Assembly (NCBI GenBank): GCA_905178155.1
Contig: CAJINV010000011.1
Location: 2,011,939-2,075,938 of the forward strand
Origin: Amoebophrya sp. A120
Taxonomy: Eukaryota > Protista > Dinoflagellata
Length of the DNA stretch: 64,000 nt
Direction of reading: 5' to 3'
A model generated the notes under the pieces. That model was given only the letters and a program-made list of their open reading frames with translations, was not told the origin of the DNA and ran no database searches. Of the stretch, positions 1 through 12,300 are shown in pieces (the first letter of the stretch is position 1; the number at the start of each line of letters is the position of its first letter). A program made the translations under genes and the position numbers.

Positions 1-174
1 CAGTTTGTGCTAAGTACGCGGAGAGGGCAAAATTTCTCATGCGGTAGAGGCATCACGATGTCCTCTAAAAAACTGTGATGCTAGGGCATGCATTGCAGGC
101 TTCATGGGTCATCTTCCAAAATATGCATGTCAAACTTGACAATCTTCCAGACCCAGACATTTTTGCAGTTGATA

Positions 175-2326
175 GATCACCGGCCTGCTCCATTTCCCGT
201 TCCTCCTCCGGTAAATTGGTGCCGTCACCCGGGTTATCAAGTGCAAATATCCCTGGAGGTCTGGAAACTTGTAATGCTGGATTGGGAATAGTGAATTTCT
301 TGTAATGCACAGACACGCATGCGAAATCATCTCTGCGCTGCCTAGTGTTGCGTTTACCGCATGACGATGACTACACACTGCGTTTTTGCATGACAGGCAA
401 AAGGGTCTTTTCTTGGACACGCATCACAAGCTTTGCAGTCTGTGACTGTGTCTGTCATGCCAGACAAGCATGACAAACCTTGCATTTTTCAAGACCCAGA
501 CGTATTTGCAATCCATACGGGTACTTGCCCGCGATGCACACGAGGTTGACGCAGTACCGGTTTCCCTGCTCGTCCGGCATGTTGTGGCCCAGGTGGATCG
601 ACGGGATCTCGATCACTTTTCCCACTTTCGTGTGGCTGGTTGGCATATGCATTGCAAGAGTATCGGTATCGCACTCGTAGTAATCGTATACAAATCCTAT
701 TCTCAAATTGATGTCATGCGCTTTTATACTAGTAAGTACGATAGTACTTATGCAGTCCATATGGCACCGTGATGATCTCAGAGGGCACCGGATTCAGATT
801 CGGCGACACCTGGCCCCGGTAGGAGGGGTGCCGCAGCGGGTTGTGCTCCGAGACCGACTTCGGAATTGGCTCACCGCCCCCCGTGGCGCCGCCGAAAGAC
901 TCCGGGTTGGTTTCGTTTGCGGTCACATTCTATGCATTGCAACTATGTCTGGTTCTGGAAGGATGCACGGTTTGTCATGCATATTTTGCATGGCCCATGA
1001 CGCCTGTAATGCATGCTCTAGCATCACAGATTTTTAGAGGGCTTCCTGATGCACATTCCGCATGAGAAATGCCCTGCCCGCGTAGCACAAACCAGACTCC
1101 TCTTGCTAGTCATGCAATACAGATTTTTTTGGAATCCGAAGACAGCATCACAAGTCACAACCTTCCAGAAGACATATTTGCAAGGCATACGTTCATCACG
1201 CGGTCGAAGTTCACCTCGTCGTCGCGGAACGAAGGCCACCCGTGGTACTTGGACTCCAGGTAGAACTCCAGGTAGGACCGCGGGTTCGGCCCGAATCCCG
1301 GGACCCGGAACAGCTCCTCGTTCGGGTCAGAAGAGGAGTAGAAGCTCATGTAGGCGGTGCCGTTGGGGAGCTCCTCGGGGAGCGCGTACCCGGTGCCGGT
1401 GAAGTTGAGTCCCTGGTAGAACGAGGCCTGCGGCTCGGCCAGGCGCTGGGGCACGGTGCAGCACACGTTCACGGCCGTCGCCTCGTCGACCAACCAGCGG
1501 AGCTGCGGCCGCTCGGGCAGGCAGGACACGGCCCCAAAGGGAACCTCCTCCGGTTTGGGGTACTCCTTCTGCTTCTTCCGTTCTTGCAGCGTCGTTTTCT
1601 TCTGCATCACCGAGGACTGCGGATCATTCCTGGCATCCTCGACCGCTCCGTCGACGGGGCGCTTCTTGTCGTTCAACAAATCTTTGGCGGTCCTCGTCTC
1701 CTGGTTACTTCGCTCGTCCTCTTCGCTGTTCCTTGTCGTTGACGTAACTGCATTATCAAATGCAAAAATGTCTGGGTCTGGAAGATTGCAACTTGTCATG
1801 CTAAAGCTGAAGCTCATGCAAAAATCTGTCTTGCATGATTACCAAAAGTCGTCCAGTTTTCACCAAGTCGGGAGGGAGTTTCTCATGCAGGATAGGTATG
1901 AGAGAGATCGCACAGAATCTGTCATGCTAGGTCCTGCATTCCAGACCTCATGAGTCATGGAAAAGCAGCATGACAAATCGCGCACTCTTCCAGACCCAGA
2001 CATTTTTGCATTTGATATGCATTCGGGTTCCTCACCGGTGCTCCTACGTTCGCCGCCCCTGCTGTCCCCACCTTGCTACCCTTGGGTGGCGAACCCGTGA
2101 AAAACATCTGCGAAGGCGGAGGGGTGTTGTCGCGAAGCCTCCGCAGGGCGTGGGCGACGTGTAGTGAGGCTGGGGATGTCAGTGACCACGGCGTGAAGGA
2201 CACAAGCACGTCGGTGCACATCATGGCTGAACAAACCCCGCCGAACCGCAGGGTCCGCCGGACGACGGTCCCGCTCCTTCGTGGACGCTGCCTTTCCACT
2301 GCCGCGGAAGCCGACGAGGACGACAT
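175..2326 (-). CDS. MsrB/SelR-like methionine sulfoxide reductase family protein (3' end runs off the window start)
   Basis: Removing the TIR elements at 235-517, 646-761, 931-1189 and 1754-2017 gives one frame containing ESKYHGWPSFRDDEV...HLGHNMPD..GNRYCVN, i.e. the MsrB GWPSF, HLGH and RYCxN motifs. No CxxC zinc motifs were seen. A further element ends at 174. Confidence 0.75.
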
Positions 2327-3067
2327 GGTGATAAAAAATTTTTAGGTTCTGTCTCGATAAAAATGATCTCTACTGATGCGGACCAAAACTAGAGATTCTG
2401 GTCTTCGGCAAGGACTTCAAATTCTGCAGTGTTTCCTCTGACCGAATTATCTCTCGACAACCTTCTGCACAGGAAGCAAGCGCTCAATTTTTAATAGACT
2501 TTGGAATCAATCACAGCACCAACGGATGAATGTACGTCTTTTCCCTAAGTCAAATTCTTCTTGAGAAAACAAGAACGAAATATCTGCGTATGGTCTTGCT
2601 CTTCTTCCCCTCGAAATGGTAAGTCGTGCTTTCAATCATTTCGCCCGCCCCTAACATCATCACCTGCAAACGCGACAACCTTGCAGACATTGCGCAGCTC
2701 TCGCGTTCGCCCGAGATAAATCAAATGCTCACAACAGTAGTACTTCAAACGACAAATTCACGGTGTTGACCGAGTTTCAGAGTTCTTCAGCAAAAATATT
2801 CACGACGGAGAAAGAGTGTATTCTCGGACGCGAAGATGCAACGGTGATACGGTATCATACCGCCCCCGGGTGAACGTAAAGATTTTTCGCGAATTCATTT
2901 TCCACAGCTTTTTTCCTTTTGTTCGTTCGAAGTAGTAAAATGGAAAAGAAAAGAACTTTCGTCATTTACTTTCCGGGGCTTTTTGCTTCCACCGGATGAT
3001 TTCCACTGCAAAACCAAAACCACAGTACTTAATTAGTCAAAGTCTCCCGACCGCTTCTACATACATT

Positions 3068-5549
3068 TCAAAGTCTCCCGACCGCTTCAACGTACCACCC
3101 CGGTACCTGGTAAGCCACGCCATCCCCGGGCGGCGGAACGAAGGGCACGAACCACAGAAGCGGGTTGTTCCCGAGGGTGGCGCACAAATTGTTGTACACA
3201 CCGATGTCGAATTTGTGACCCTTGTCCGCAAGTAGGCCCGGATCCTCGGGTAAGGACGCGCCACCACCTCGCTCCCGCTTATTCGAGTACTGCCCCGAGA
3301 ACAGCTCGCTGGCCCCGGTGTCCACATCCGGTCGGTCGCTCCTCTTGTTTATCAACTGCAAATGTGTCTAGTCTGGATCAGGACGAGTTGTGCTGCGCTA
3401 GGTTGTCATTGTCATGCACGTTTTGCATGACCAATGATGTCTGTGATGTATGTCCTCGCATAACAGATTTTTTGGAGCTCTAGCTCTTTGATGCCTACCC
3501 CGGATGAGAACAAGTGCTCGCTTCGCGCAGCAAAAACTGCACTCCTGCAGTTGCTGCTCATGCAATACAGGTTTTTTTCGAGTTCATCAAAGATAGCATG
3601 GCAAGTTCTTGCATTCTTCCAGAGGACCACCTCTCAGATGTTGACACAATGATCTTTGCGAATTTGATATGGTTGTGCTTCTCGCAGAACTCAATGGTGG
3701 TCATGTTTTTGCAAACCAGAAAGGTGTGAAACAGGAAAAACGAGGTCACAATCCCCGCCACGAACACCGCCAGCGACTCCGCGTAGAGCGCAACGAAGAC
3801 TTTCAAGCCCTGGTCGTTCACCGTGTCGTCCTCGAGGTAGTCCCGCACCGTCTCCCAAAACGTCAAAGCGATGAGCCACAAAACCGCAGAGGAATTAAAG
3901 AGGAGGAGGTAGAAGTACTTGTGGTTGCCGTACCCGATGGTATTGTAGACCCACGGGCAGTGGTGGTCCATGCGGAGCACGCACCGGCCCAGCACCCGGC
4001 AGTGGTGCGCGCGATCCGGCTTGTACTTGGTGCACCATTTGCAGTGCCGCAGCTCCCCGTCCTTCTTGGTTTCAAAGACCACCTTCCGCACCTCGTCTCC
4101 CTTGTTCTCGTAAAAATGCCCCCAGAGGGCCGTGTCCGGAATGCCGCCAGGGTCCGTAAATATACACAGGTAGTAGCAGTACAAAAGCTGCAGGGTGAAG
4201 AAACCGAAAAGCGAGGTCAGGATAATACCTCAGGACGCGTTTATTTCCATTGATATTATACTCAGCTGCTTGAATTACAAGCTACTTAGTTAGCTACTGC
4301 TGTTACGACTTATGCGATTACATGATCATCAATCGTGAGCCATGCTGCAGGCACAAATTGCAGCAAAAATCGACATCCACTTAGCCGCCAGCATGCACAA
4401 GAAAAAATAACCTGAATAGTTAAAACCCATCGATAAATTCAACGGTCGTGGAAATAAACAAGAGAACCGCTCGAACAAAAAATCCTCGAAAACGAACTGC
4501 AAGTAATTACCTTCCTGCTGCACATCCTATTGAGAGGAAAAATCCCCCCTCCCCATATCGAAAAGGTATGTCTCCCAAAATTTGTCTTGCTGATTTGAGA
4601 CCACAAATCACGTCTGTCTTGCAAGAAGACAACTCCACAGGCTCTGCCGCATTATGCAGGCGGTTTGTGATGCTGTCGGGCCTACAGCATAGACGTTTCT
4701 CATGCTAAGCGCCTAGGCCAAATCCTCTCTACTCAGGCTTGGCAGGAGCCTGCAGCCCCCTACTGCAAGACAGACCTGATCTGTATACGCAAATCCAGCA
4801 TCAGAAACTTCCGTTTGATATGGGGAGGGGGGATTTTTCCTTGTGATACATCCTTCTCCGCGTTTCCAAGCCGCGGCACCAGGTGTAGTGTGACGTAGCT
4901 GCTGGCAAGGTAGGTGACAAGCGAGTATGCATTGCAAATATGTCTGAGTCTGGAAGCTTGTAATGCCAAAAGTGGATGAGAGTTCCACTGCAATACGATG
5001 CCAAGCATGACAAATCTTTGGGCTCTTATGTGTTGCGTGTTCCGCATGGCAAACTGCGTTTTTGCGCGACAGGTAACAGGACCGCTTCGTGCCCATGCAT
5101 CACAGATTCTTGAGTCATGTCAGACATGCAAGACAAATGTAGCAATCTTCCAGAGGACCCAGACATATTTGCATTTGATAGCGAGAGAATGAAAACGATC
5201 GGAATCAGCTTGTTCACGTCCGGACCCTATGCACTGCAAATATGTCTGGGTCTGGAAATCTGTGATGCTGAATTGAGCATGATTGAAGCGCTTGTAATGG
5301 CAGCCAGGCATGACAAGTTCTGGAGAGGCCTGCTGATGGTGATGCCTACTACGCATTACAAATTGCGTTTTTGCAAGACAAAGCAAGCTCCTCTTTTGCT
5401 GCTCATGCAACACAGATTTTCCAGGAATGCAAGACACGCACCACAAGTTCCACTGTTCCAGACCCAGACACTTTTGCATTTGATAGACCCCGCTTCCTGG
5501 GCGGCCCGGGGGCGCCTGCGCCCGGCCCCGCGGCGCCGTACTCTTTCAT
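3068..5549 (-). CDS. DHHC-type protein S-acyltransferase (palmitoyltransferase)
   Basis: Contains CKWCTKYKPDRAHHC...MDHHCPWV, DPG and TTxE motifs and hydrophobic segments. Exons are joined across elements 3350-3669, 4528-4848, 4926-5180 and 5228-5485 and a GT-AG intron at 4229-4510. The start reads MKEYGAAG. Confidence 0.92.
4926..5180. mobile_element. Introner/MITE-like TIR element, family A (most abundant; representative copy)
   Basis: TIR TATGCATTGCAAATATGTCTG..TCTGGAA / TTCCAG..CCCAGACATATTTGCATTTGATA, direct repeat GCGAG. Other copies include 235-517, 1754-2017, 5228-5485, 8569-8825, 9882-10135, 11558-11823, 11982-12245, 13901-14164, 15452-15707, 18052-18305, 24311-24578 and 49082-49333. 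Confidence 0.93.
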
Positions 5550-6394
5550 ACACTGTTGTCACCGCATGATATTGCAATTGAGAATCAAAATAGAAGTTTG
5601 AGTAGGTCACTGTAGCCGGAGCGAAGAACGACACTTGGATTGCTTCGCCTGTCGCTTTGGGAGGAAGAGAAGAAAGCGAAGCGAAAATAGACCAAAGGTA
5701 AAACGGGCGCGGCACGCGAGTGGATACTCGTGCCCACGGGGTCCCATGAGGCTGAGGCAGAGTTTTTACCTATCGAAACACAATGCAGCTCCGACGGGCT
5801 CTTGTCGGCACATTCGAGAATAAAACCTGGTGCATGCCCCAGTGGTCTCCCGCCGGTGTTCTCTTTTTTCTTTCGTTGTGAAGAAATCGAGAAACTCTCT
5901 GTCTTCGCCGCTGCGCGTTGTTTTTCATACTTTGTACATCGACGTTTTTCATAAAAACGGAAACGAAAACACCAGACTTTCTCCCCTACACCATATTGTA
6001 CTGTAAAGGTAATAAACAAGAAGCATTCTAACATTTCTACCTTACGCCGCTTTTGAAGATATCTGGCGTTTGTTGCCCGAGCTATCGCCCGTTTGGCGTT
6101 TGTTGGCCAAGAAGATATTAACTAGTCAAAAAACCAAGTTAGATGCCCCTCGAGGGGGTTGGGGTGGACGAGAAAGATATTAAGTTGAATGTTTGAGTAA
6201 AGTTTCTAAAATGAACATTTGCATCAGTAACACTTAGAGTAAACGGAAACTACACAAGAATGGACGTCAAATAATCATGTCGGCAGCTTCTAGTACAACG
6301 ACGAGAACTACTATATACTGCTAGTCCCCCTCCAGCTGCGCTGCTGCAGATATTGTCTTTCGACCGAAATAAATCCGTATCCAAAAAAGTCATC

Positions 6395-9300
6395 TTACAT
6401 GACCGCACAGAACCCGGACGAGGCCCCCGACCCGCTCTTTTTTCCGCCTCCCATGAAAAAGGCACTCGAACTGTGCGGCAGCTCGGCCGAGGAGTCCATT
6501 CCCGCACCGACAAATCGGGTGAAATCCGCCCCGTCACCATCGATCCCCGCGAGCAGTTGCAGCTCCTCGCCGCAATCCGCCGCCGCCTTGGAGAGTTTCG
6601 GCCACACCGCTGGGTCGTCCTATGCAGAGGAAAAAAAGTGTTTAAGTGTAAGAACTTTGGAGGTTGAGTAGCATCACAAATTCGCTTTGCGTTTATAGAA
6701 AAAACCTGTCAACATGATGCGCAGGTAGCACGTCAAAACGCGTATGGTCTGACCCTATGACCACGCACATCCAGCATGACAAGCGTGACTGTCTCGCATC
6801 ATCTTCTGCAATACAAACTTACACTTACACAGTTTTTTTCTTGCGATACGTCCGGGTGTTCGTCTAAACGGCTGTGGACGTCGCCTTTTTCCACCACGTA
6901 TTGTGAGGAATAATCCCCCCTCCCCATATTGAAAGCGCATCCTTCTGAAAAACTGTGATGCGGATTTGTGGCCACAAATCCTGTCTGTCTTGCATGCAAG
7001 CAGATCCAGAGAATCCGCCGCATTATGCAGGCGGTTTGTGATGCTGTTGGCCCTAGACCATCGACGTTTTTCATGCTAGGAGCCTACGCCAAAACGTCGT
7101 GGCTCAGGCTTGGCGTATGCCTGCAATCCTCTATTAGAGGATTGCAGACAAATCTGCACGACAAATCTGATTTGTGTACTGAAATCCAGCATCAGAAACT
7201 TCTTTTTGCTATGGGGTGGGGGGATTTTTCCTTTTGATACCACGCCGTGGAATTTCAGTTGGTCCATCTCCAAATCGTAACACCGGCGCCGGTACGATAC
7301 CCGAATGTCCGTTACGTTGGACTTGTCCGTATCCAAGGAAAAGAGTGTTACAGTTACACATTTGTTGGGCAATCACAATCAGCAACACAAACTTTCTCTG
7401 CATGACAGCCGAAACTTGCAATGCAGAGATCATTAGCAAAAACACCTATGAAATCAAGTACCTGAGCACATTCGGCATGACAGACCTTGTCTCTCTTGCT
7501 TTGTCTGCAACACAATGTGTAACTGTAACACTTTTTTCTTCCCGTAGTCCGAGTGGTTCCAGTACTTTGACTTGTGCTTCCACGACTTGTAGACGCAATT
7601 CGGCCCGAGGTATCAAAGTGAAAAAAGCCCCCGCCCCATATTCAACAGACAATTTGTGTTGCTGGATTTGAGTACGCAATTGAGCTTTGTATTGCAGCAA
7701 GAGCTTGTCAGCATATTTTAAGTCCATGTGGGTACGCATCCGGGTCGCAGCTGAGCATGAGCAACAAGTCTGACATAGGCGGAAACGGACGACAGACTCG
7801 CTGCACAATGCGCCACATGGGTGCCGTTTGCCTTGTACGCAAGACAAAGTTGATTTGTAGTCACAAATCAGCATCACAAATCTCCTGTTCGATATGGGGA
7901 GGGGAGATTTTTCCTCACAATACGAGGAGCTGCTCCTTTACCTGCGGGTCCAGCCCGGACTGGAGGACGGAATTCTGCGCGATCTCGCAAATGTCGGTCA
8001 GGGACATCTTCCAGTACTGCTGCGCGATGGTGTACTCCTCTAGCAGCGGGTGGTCGGTGGCGTGAAACAGGAGTGGCTATCAAAAGGAAAATAAATCGTC
8101 CCTCCCCATATCAAAACGAAGTTTCTGACGCAGGACTTGCGTAGACAAATCAGATTTGTCTTGCTGGAGAGGATGAACACAGGCCCATACTAAGCCTAAG
8201 TGGAAAGGCTTTGCTCTAGGCGTCTAGCATGAGAAGCGTCCGCGCTGTAGGCCCATCAGCATCATGAGCGCAAACCTTCTACACAATGCTGCGGAGCTTG
8301 TGGAGTTGTCTTCTTGCAAGACAGACGCGATTTGTGGTCAGCTCAAATCAGCAACACAAATTTTCGGAATAAACGTACCTTGTTGATATTTATGGGGAGG
8401 GGGGTTTATTTTCCTCGCGATAGTGGCATGTCGGTCGACAGGCTGACGTTCAGGCCCCACCGGAAAAAGTCGTAGAAGGGAGAATTCGGCAACCGCTGGA
8501 ACAGGGCGTTGTTGGACAACGGCGACAGGGCGATCCCGATCTGGGACAAGTAGTAGACGTACGCCAAGTATCAAATGCAAAAATGTCTGGGTCTGGGAAC
8601 TTGCGATGCTAAAATGTGGATGATAGAAACAGTTCCGAATGCATCAACCCAGTTTGACAACTTTCCAGAACGCTTTCTCATAGGGAATCCGCATCAGAAA
8701 CTGCGTTTTTGCATGCACAAAAGAGGCCGCGACTTTTGTTGGTTATGCAATGCAGATTTCCTACTTATGGAAAGCCAGCATGACAAGTTCCAACCTTCCA
8801 GACCCAGACATATTTGCAATCCATACTAAGGGCGGACTGGACTTCAGCGTGAGTCCGTGGGAAATGCCGTTCGCCAGCAAGTACCCGCAGGCCAAGTGGT
8901 CCACGGACCCGGTCATGCCGCAGTGCGGGCGGAAGGCGAGCGAGTTGAGGCCGAAAGACTCCCGGATCTTGGAGAGAATGGACAAATTTGCGTAGAGGAA
9001 GTAGAGGTAATACCGGTAGTTGACGTGCTTATGCGTCTTCTTCGTCAGTTTCGCGGGGTCCGAAGGCCCGGCAGTATGCATTGCAAAAGTATCGTACTCG
9101 TAGTTGTGATTGCAATCATGCATTACAAATTTCTTTGTCATGTCAAGATAAATCCGCATTAATCTCTCATGCAGAGGAAATTTGTAATGCACTTTATACT
9201 AGTACGATGCTTTTGCAGTTCATAGGCAGCGAAGGTCGTCGACATGGACTCCTCTCCCACGGAGTCGAAACCCGACACGTGGTAGAGCAAAAAATCGTAG

Positions 9301-12300
9301 AGCGCCGGATCCGAGTCCGGATTCAAGGTGACCGCAATCAGGGGCTGGAACAGGTTTCCCAGCCACTGTTGGAAGCTGTTGCACACCTGAAACGACCGCG
9401 GAATCTGCACCAGAAACTTCGCGTTTTTCCTGGACGCGGCGGCCCCTGCGGCTTCTCCTTTGTGCGTCGGGAAATTTTTCTGGACCCACTGCGCGACCGA
9501 GGTCCATTCCTGCTTCGAGGCCCCCGTGACGGTGATGCGAAACTCCGAGTAGGTTTGCTTGTGCGCCTTGTGCAGCGCGGCATTCGAGACCAGGCGCCGC
9601 TTCACTGGGCTGCTAGGAGTTGTTGCTGCTTTGTTGGCTGTTGCTGATGTTGTACTTCTAAGACGTTCATTATCTTCGCGCTCGTCACTGTTGCTATTTC
9701 CTCGGGTTAGCACCACCGACTTGAGAATCTCCGCGAAAAAATCTTGCTTGTTCATTTCCCCGACGCCGTCGCTCTTCGACGTAGATGTTGCACTCGGCGT
9801 CTTCATTAAGACCGGCTTCAGAAACCGATCCCGCAAGCGCCGACTGCCGTACACGTTCTTTTTTTGTTGAAACAGTTCAAATATCAAATGCAAAAGTGTC
9901 TGGCGGGTCTGGAAGAATGCAAGTTTGTCATGCTTGTCTGGCACGACTCGAGAATCTGTGTTGCGTAGGCACGAAAGAGCCCTCTTAACTGTCATGCGAC
10001 AAGGCAGTTTGCCATGCGGAATACGTAAGACATGGCAGCCACAAAATTTGTCATGCATACCTGCGTATTGTGGCGCGTCAATCATTCACTTTCAGCATTA
10101 CAAGTTTCCAGACCCAGACATTTTTGCATTTCATATCAAAGTTCTGAAACAAACTCTCGTCGGCCTGCACCTGCAACGCGTCGACCGTCATCTGCTATCA
10201 AATGCAAATATCCCTGGAAGATGTCTGGAAATTTGTGATGCTGATTGAGAAAGACGAGGGCGCTCCTTCAATTGACGGCCAAGCATAACAAGTGTTGGAG
10301 GTACTACAGTGTTAATGTCTACTCTACACGACAAAGCGAGCTTCTGCATGACAGAAAAATCAAGCTTTTCATCTTGGGTAACGTGCATGGCAGATTTGCG
10401 AATCATGCAAGCCAAGCATGACAAACCTTGCATCTTTCCAGAGGTGGACCCAGAGGACATATTTGCAGTTGATATCTGCTCCTCTTTCTCGATCCCCGCG
10501 TGGGCAAACTCCTCCCGCAAAGTGGACGGGTGCCCAGCGTCCTATTCGGAGTAAAAACGTCCCCACCCCAGAGCTGTCGCGCAATTCTTTTTTTTTTTGA
10601 TTAGGCCCCATTTTCATGTATGTATTGTATGTGATTGTGTGACGGCGGGAACGGCACCCGCCCGTTGTGCTTAATAATGCGCTCCCACGCGCGAATTTCC
10701 TTTCATCTTTTGCATCACCATCATTTTCTAAGCTAGGAGCCGGTGTGCGTTACTTAACATGTGAAATCTAATCTCACGAACACCGAGCTGTCGCGCAATT
10801 CTGCATGCCAAAAAAGTTTCTCACGCGGAGCCCTATGGGAAGCATTTTCTATTCGTGTTGTCGAATCTGTGATGCTAGAACCAGCATGCTATGCTAGATC
10901 TGTGATGCTTCTGAATTACAATTAGCTAAACAGGATTAATACATTACGAGGACAAACTTGTCATGCCAGACAACCAAGGCTGGCTGATTTGTCTAGCACG
11001 TTTCCCATCTTGACTCTTGTGTGGGGACGTTTTTAATCAGGATACGTCCTGCCACTTCTTCTTCGTGAACTCCAGCAACTCCCGGGCTGTCATAGCGCAC
11101 GCGAGCTTCACCTGCGTGTCCACTTTGCCGATCGAGTAAAAGTCCTGCTTCGTCATCTCAGCAGAGTCCTGCTCCAGCTCGTGGTTTAGGAACATGTGCA
11201 AGTCAAAAAGCCTTTCCAGCAGCTCCAACCGTTGGTAGCAGAAGGACCGGACTGCCGCAGCCTGCACGATCTTGCTGGTCGTTGCCAAATCGTATCCACA
11301 GAAAAAAACCCATCCACATCCATTTTTTGCATGACAAACACGTGACTTGATAGGTGTCTTACATGACAAATTGGACGTGGATGTGTTTTTTCCTGTGGAT
11401 AAATCGCTGAGAAATTCTTCAAAGGACGGCACCTTCAGGTTCTTTGTCATGATCTGCGAGGAAGATGAAGAACCTCCTGTCAGCGTCAAGATGCCCTTCG
11501 GGAAGGAAAACTTCAAATTTTTCATCGACCCCGGTTCCTGGGTCGGCGGTGCACTGTTATGCATTGCAAATATGTCTGGGTCTGGACGAGTGTACTTAAC
11601 TTGTCACGCTACATCTGGATCGTGGAAAAATTTGTGTTGCATGATTAGCAAAAGAGGTCCACTTTTGAGCAAGTTTAGAGGCAGTTTCTCAGACAGGAAA
11701 GGCATGAGAGAGATCTCACAGAACCTGTCATGCTAGGCCGTGCATGCCAGACCGCCTGGGTCATGGAAAACCTGCATGACAAACCTAGCAATTTTCCAGA
11801 CCCAGACACTTTTGCATTTGATAACTGTTGCTGGTCGTGTCCGCGATTTTGACCGCGTATTTTGACGTTTGCTCCTGCTCCTTAGGACTTTGGTCTTCTA
11901 AATTTTTCGTGACCCCGGAAACGAGCGTCCGGATTTTTTTCGCCCCACCGGTGGTCTCGTACAATTTCGAGCGAAAGCAGTTATGCATTGCAAATATGTC
12001 TGGGTCCTCTGGAAGGTTGGAACTTGTAATGCTAGCTTTCCATACCTAGGAAATCTGTATTGCATACTTAAGCTTGACCAACAAAAGTCGCGGCCTCTTT
12101 TTCACAGAAACGCAGTTTCTCATGCGGATTGCCTATGAGAAAGCGTATATGCAAAGTTGTCATGCTGGGTTGCATTCGGAACTGTTTCTATCATCCACAT
12201 CCTAGCATCACAAGTTTCCAGACCCAGACATATTTGCGTTTGATAGCAGTACTTGCCCCGCAACGCGATCAGGTGCAGCAGCGCCCGGCAGATCACCTTC

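Noticed and set aside
65-420. Many short ORFs sharing peptides such as AKMSGSG, FQTQT, PDPDIFA and CLGLE
   Set aside because: These are translations of the family A TIR in different frames, not a protein family.
3037-3088. 21-bp direct repeat spanning the DHHC stop codon
   Set aside because: It is real but looks like a simple local duplication with no sign of function.
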